Origin: a virus
IMG/VR virus record: IMGVR_UViG_3300036770_001413
Coordinates: 43,546-107,545 of that record
Strand: one strand, 5' to 3'
DNA: 64,000 bases
In this document: piece after piece, positions 58,370 through 64,000 of the stretch
How the letters are laid out: each line of letters opens with the position of its first letter
Position numbering within the stretch: position 1 is the stretch's first letter
The notes under the pieces: generated by a model
Seen by the model: the letters and a program-made list of their open reading frames with translations, nothing else
The model's database searches: none
Told to the model about the DNA's origin: nothing
Made by a program: the position numbers and the translations under genes

Positions 58370-58670
58370 CTTTACTCCTTAGCTTCTTCCAGGCTTCTGG
58401 GGTCTTATGTAAATTTTTTGACTTGTCTATTTCTCCAGATGACAAATAAACTCCTCCCCATACTCCGTATTCTGAATTTTTAACTCCAGAATCAAAACAC
58501 ATTTTCATAACTGGACAAGACATGCATGCCTCGTCTATGTTATTGGCAACGTTAACATCAGATTCGTACTTATCATAGAATAGATTTGTTTCCATTCCTC
58601 GACATACTGCTAGATGCCACCAAGAGAAGTCTTCTGGATCTACCCCTAAATTATCTAAAATATTTGACAT
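58359..58670 (-). CDS. whiB: WhiB family Fe-S transcriptional regulator
   Basis: W..LAVCRG...LFY...ACMSCPVMKMC...EYGVWGG; probable start 58670. Confidence 0.85.
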   Translation of the reverse strand: MSNILDNLGVDPEDFSWWHLAVCRGMETNLFYDKYESDVNVANNIDEACMSCPVMKMCFDSGVKNSEYGVWGGVYLSSGEIDKSKNLHKTPEAWKKLRSKGVA

Positions 58671-58878
58671 ATTTTTTAGGGAGCTCCCAGACTCCAATAT
58701 TATTTACTTTTATTCTCTTAGATATTCCCCAAGAGTTTTTTCTAAACATCCCGTTTTTATCAGTAAATCCAGAAGAATCCTTTTTCCATATAATTAAATC
58801 ATAATTATCCCAAAATGGGGATATGTCTTTTGCCCTTTTGATAAAGAGTTCTACACCTAATTCATTAAGATTTAACAT
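58651..58878 (-). CDS. hypothetical protein, first gene of the whiB operon
   Basis: AAAGGA RBS; TTGACA-N17-TATAAT promoter at 58949-58920. Confidence 0.55.
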   Translation of the reverse strand: MLNLNELGVELFIKRAKDISPFWDNYDLIIWKKDSSGFTDKNGMFRKNSWGISKRIKVNNIGVWELPKKYVKYFR

Positions 58879-58952
58879 GCTGTCCTTTATGACTAAACCG
58901 CAGCATCCCACTGATATATATTATACAGGAATTGCTGCGGCTATGTCAATGA

Positions 58953-60059
58953 CTATTTAATAAAAGTTCCGTTCCAAACGGACTTTTTAACTGTATATTT
59001 GCCGCCACGGCGCTTATACTCTTGGACAACCCATCCATTTGCATATGCTGATGGATAGACATCAAATTTTCTTTTAGCTTCAGCAACAATTCTGGCATAG
59101 AGCTGTTTGTCTGCTGGCTCGCCTTTGCGATCAGAGATTACCTCTTTAAATTTATCTTTTGCTTTATCTAAATCTTCATCTTTTTCATCATATGATTTAT
59201 TTACTGGTACGCAATTTGGGACCATTCTGCCATTCTTTTCTTTCATTCCCTCTTGTTTGTAGCCAGACCAGCATGCCTTTTCCATATTGTCCCATTTATC
59301 TTCTTCCTCATTATCTGATTCATAAGACTTGCTCATTTCTTCTGAGCATACTGGGCACTTGTCGCAAGAAACATTCATTGCCTTACATGTTTCGCATCCA
59401 CAATTTTCATATGCTTTTGCAATTGGCCAGTTTATTTCATTCTTCATTGGATCTCCAATTGGGGCAGGATTAGAGCTATTGGCGTCTTCTACTTCCATAT
59501 TTGGAGCATCTTCTTCGCCTTCCTCTTCCTCTGGGGCTTCGATCATTCCCTCAATTACTTCCATCAAATGCTCAATTACCATTCCGAGCTGTTCTTTTGT
59601 GATTTCTGGACGTAGGGCTTTTTTAATTTCTTCATCATCATCAATTTCAACTACAGTATCAAATGGCTCTACTACATCTGTTAACATATCTTTAATTTCT
59701 TCAAGTAAGTCCTCTTGTACATAAGACTTCTTCATATTCTTTTCTCTCTCTGCAATTTTGCGAGACCAAGAGAATCCAGCATCGCCGCCCCATGCGTCCC
59801 ACATAATTCGACCATTTGAAGGATTAGAAGTATTGTAAAAGTCTTTACCCTTCTTGTCTACCTCATGCCTAGAAAAGAAAGAGTACATTCTTTTAACTGT
59901 TGATAAGCTAAGGGTCTCGCCACGAGCAAGCTGACCTGCACGAGTCCATCCTACTGCTGTTCCAGCTCCCTTTGCTTTTCCTTGTTCTTTCCAACGAATA
60001 GCTCTCTTAGCTGCCGCTTTCATTCCAGCGGTGGGCTTGTATCCTTCTTTAGCCATCAC
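58953..60059 (-). CDS. multi-domain head-associated protein
   Basis: PTAGM..AAKRA...TVKRMYSFFSRH...AWGGDAG..W domain; CWSGYKQ.GMK.KNG.MVPNCVP; C-terminal PSAYANGWVVQEYKRRGG. Confidence 0.5.
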   Translation of the reverse strand: MMAKEGYKPTAGMKAAAKRAIRWKEQGKAKGAGTAVGWTRAGQLARGETLSLSTVKRMYSFFSRHEVDKKGKDFYNTSNPSNGRIMWDAWGGDAGFSWSRKIAEREKNMKKSYVQEDLLEEIKDMLTDVVEPFDTVVEIDDDEEIKKALRPEITKEQLGMVIEHLMEVIEGMIEAPEEEEGEEDAPNMEVEDANSSNPAPIGDPMKNEINWPIAKAYENCGCETCKAMNVSCDKCPVCSEEMSKSYESDNEEEDKWDNMEKACWSGYKQEGMKEKNGRMVPNCVPVNKSYDEKDEDLDKAKDKFKEVISDRKGEPADKQLYARIVAEAKRKFDVYPSAYANGWVVQEYKRRGGKYTVKKSVWNGTFIK

Positions 60060-60201
60060 TTCTCCTTTACGCTAACGACCTTGATAGACTTTACTTCGTC
60101 ATCAACACCGAATATATCATTCACATAATCAACAGCATCATCTTCATTAAATGCTTGAACTTCTGCATTTACCTCAATTTTGACGCTGTAAGTATTCATT
60201 T

Positions 60202-60786
60202 TTACTTTACTATTTTATACCCGTTTGCCTTCAAAAGGTCAATTGCTGCTTGAATTTCTGGGGCTACTGGGGCTTCGGCTTTCCCGCCCTTAAATTTAGG
60301 ACGTCCAAAGCCTACGATTGATACCATTACGCCTTTTTTATTCTTTTTATATGCACGAAGTTGGCGACAAACCTCTCCACCATTTCTTTGGCTTCCAGCT
60401 TTTTTGCTAGTGGTATTGCCCTCAATGCACCATACTGTTCCGTCTTCATTATCCTTAACGACAATTCCAACGTGACTAATTCTATCTACACCATCTCCAG
60501 GAAAATCAAAATAAGCAATATCCCCTGGCTCTGGATCTGCAATCTGTGGGTCGTGCCAGCGACCAGCTTTTTTAAATGCTGCTGCTCCTGAAGGCGTATA
60601 AACTGTATTTGGAACTTTTACTCCAGCTTGATCTGCACACCACATTACGAAAGACCCACACCATGGCTGGAAATTAGCTTTAGTAAATTTACCATACTTG
60701 GTCTCGTTATCACGAGGACCTTCTACAGTGCCAATCTCACCTTTAGCAACTTCAATTAATTTTTCTACTGTTCCCAATTCTGCCAT
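60202..60786 (-). CDS. endolysin, CHAP/NlpC-type peptidase
   Basis: QPWCGSFVMW, PGDIAYF, HVGIV, IEGNT. Confidence 0.85.
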   Translation of the reverse strand: MAELGTVEKLIEVAKGEIGTVEGPRDNETKYGKFTKANFQPWCGSFVMWCADQAGVKVPNTVYTPSGAAAFKKAGRWHDPQIADPEPGDIAYFDFPGDGVDRISHVGIVVKDNEDGTVWCIEGNTTSKKAGSQRNGGEVCRQLRAYKKNKKGVMVSIVGFGRPKFKGGKAEAPVAPEIQAAIDLLKANGYKIVK

Positions 60787-60788
60787 GG

Positions 60789-61175
60789 TTAATCTTTATC
60801 CCAGTCTTCGTCTACTTCTGTCTCGTCTGGCATTTGATCATTCGGCTTACCCTCTGGCTCAGTTGGGTTTGGACTAACTGGCGCTGGAGATTCTGGTGCT
60901 TCTGGCTCATCAAATGTAATTTGATTATCGCTTGATCCGCTCTTACCGATCAATAATCCTGCAAGAGTTCCTGTAATAAATGTTGCTACTGAGCCTAAGA
61001 CATTGAAAAACATCTTGTCGTTTTCAGACTGTTCTCCAATTGGCTGCGTAACAAAAATAAGAGCATACAATATGCCCATAGTTGTAAATAATAAAATAGT
61101 TCCAAGGATAAGACCAAGAGTAAATTTTAATCTTGCGTCTAAGTCCGATGGAGTTAATCTTGGTCTTTTAGCCAT
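60789..61175 (-). CDS. two-TM holin-like protein
   Basis: two hydrophobic segments, adjacent to the endolysin. Confidence 0.6.
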   Translation of the reverse strand: MAKRPRLTPSDLDARLKFTLGLILGTILLFTTMGILYALIFVTQPIGEQSENDKMFFNVLGSVATFITGTLAGLLIGKSGSSDNQITFDEPEAPESPAPVSPNPTEPEGKPNDQMPDETEVDEDWDKD

Positions 61176-61396
61176 TACTCATTACCGTTCTGTTGTATAG
61201 TTGGTGCCTCCCCAGTTTTGGGGTCGAATCCTAGTATATCTATTGTACACTGTCCCTCAACCTTGCACAAGGGGGGATTGCACTCTGGATTATCAAAATT
61301 GGCAGGGTCTTGACATGGATATCTGAAAACTCCATCATATCCACATCCTGACAGCATAAATAGCCCTGCAAGGGCAAGTCCAATTAATCTTACCAT
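61175..61396 (-). CDS. small Cys-rich lipoprotein
   Basis: lipobox LSGC; RYPCQDPAN...ECNPPLC...C. Confidence 0.7.
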   Translation of the reverse strand: MVRLIGLALAGLFMLSGCGYDGVFRYPCQDPANFDNPECNPPLCKVEGQCTIDILGFDPKTGEAPTIQQNGNE

Positions 61397-61412
61397 AGAT
61401 TAATTATATCAT

Positions 61413-61606
61413 TTAGTCTTCTTTGCGAAGAGGGATAGTTGCAAGCCAAATAACGGTAGCGGCTACCGTAGCCACTCCTACTACCTGCTGAGCTGTCCCT
61501 GTAAGGGTTAACCAAGCAATAAAAAAGCCTAGTAGGGTCCAAACCTGGGCAATGCTTTCTTTAACTGCCTCCCAGAAATAGCTTAGGATAGCCTTAATTA
61601 TTTTCA

Positions 61607-61607
<1 letters not shown>
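61413..61607 (-). CDS. small two-TM protein
   Basis: hydrophobic 64 aa. Confidence 0.6.
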
Positions 61608-63649
<2,042 letters not shown>

Positions 63650-63698
63650 CTATAACTCCTTGTTATAAATCTTATAACAAGTTAATTATAACATTGAA

Positions 63699-63881
63699 CT
63701 ACTTAGCGTTATCTGTTTTGTAAAAGCCAGAACCTTTAAACTGAATACCAAATGTGCCAAACTGCTTGATCATTGCAGAACCACAATTGGAGCAAAGCTC
63801 AACAACTGATGCGTCATTGATTGACTTGGTAACTTCCTTAACATGTTCACATAGAACACATTTATATTCGTAAACTGGCAC
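63699..63881 (-). CDS. FmdB-family zinc-ribbon protein
   Basis: MPVYEYKCVLC...CSNCG..M.K......FKGSGFYKTD. Confidence 0.85.
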   Translation of the reverse strand: MPVYEYKCVLCEHVKEVTKSINDASVVELCSNCGSAMIKQFGTFGIQFKGSGFYKTDNAK

Positions 63882-63900
63882 TGTCTCTCCTAAATTTTAA

Positions 63901-63972
63901 TGAGCAGTTTATACACATGCTCAGGTGTATCCTAAGGCGTAACTATTCGGCCCGTGTCCATCTACATGGACA
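63901..63972 (-). promoter_or_regulatory. structured 5' leader: hairpin plus H-type pseudoknot
   Basis: TGTCCAT-GTAG-ATGGACA; ATACAC-C-TGAGCA-T-GTGTAT-AAAC-TGCTCA. Confidence 0.55.
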
Positions 63973-64000
63973 GAACCATTATACCTTATTTGACCTTGAT

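Overview
AT-rich 64-kb segment of a large tailed phage of Actinomycetota, probably a freshwater acI/Nanopelagicales-type actinophage. The host call is inferred from whiB, an MSMEG_6728-type glycosylase, an Lsr2-like peptide, GAAAGGA RBSs and leaderless promoters; no database search was run. The window has four blocks. (1) 1-31.7 kb, minus strand: a very large tail-fibre/adhesin locus of about 40 genes whose termini follow a repeated peptide-to-domain pairing pattern. (2) 31.7-37.6 kb: holin-like gene, class II RNR (nrdJ), GT4, lytic transglycosylase, a candidate sRNA, tRNA-Asn and an HNH gene. (3) About 37.7-49.9 kb, plus strand: an early/host-takeover island of small genes (Gp88-like, DUF932, DUF1281/YubB, Lsr2-like, acidic and Zn-finger peptides). 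(4) 50-64 kb, minus strand: surface protein, thioredoxin, DenV-like glycosylase, S8 and Ntn proteases, WhiB, CHAP endolysin cassette, PA14 protein and FmdB. The main finding is the regulatory wiring of block 3. Fourteen promoters match TGTCRG-N10-TAnnnT, the actinobacterial RecA-NDp element read by the ssDNA-activated DNA-damage activator PafBC. They are accompanied by eight CRP/GlxR-type palindromes, parS-like and DnaA-box sites, GACACGCC boxes and an unexplained fixed-spacing motif. A candidate sRNA in the island exposes the exact antisense of the RBS shared by these genes. Together this suggests a phage early programme switched on by the host DNA-damage response and switched off by an anti-RBS RNA. 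The motifs are seen directly; the mechanism is inference.
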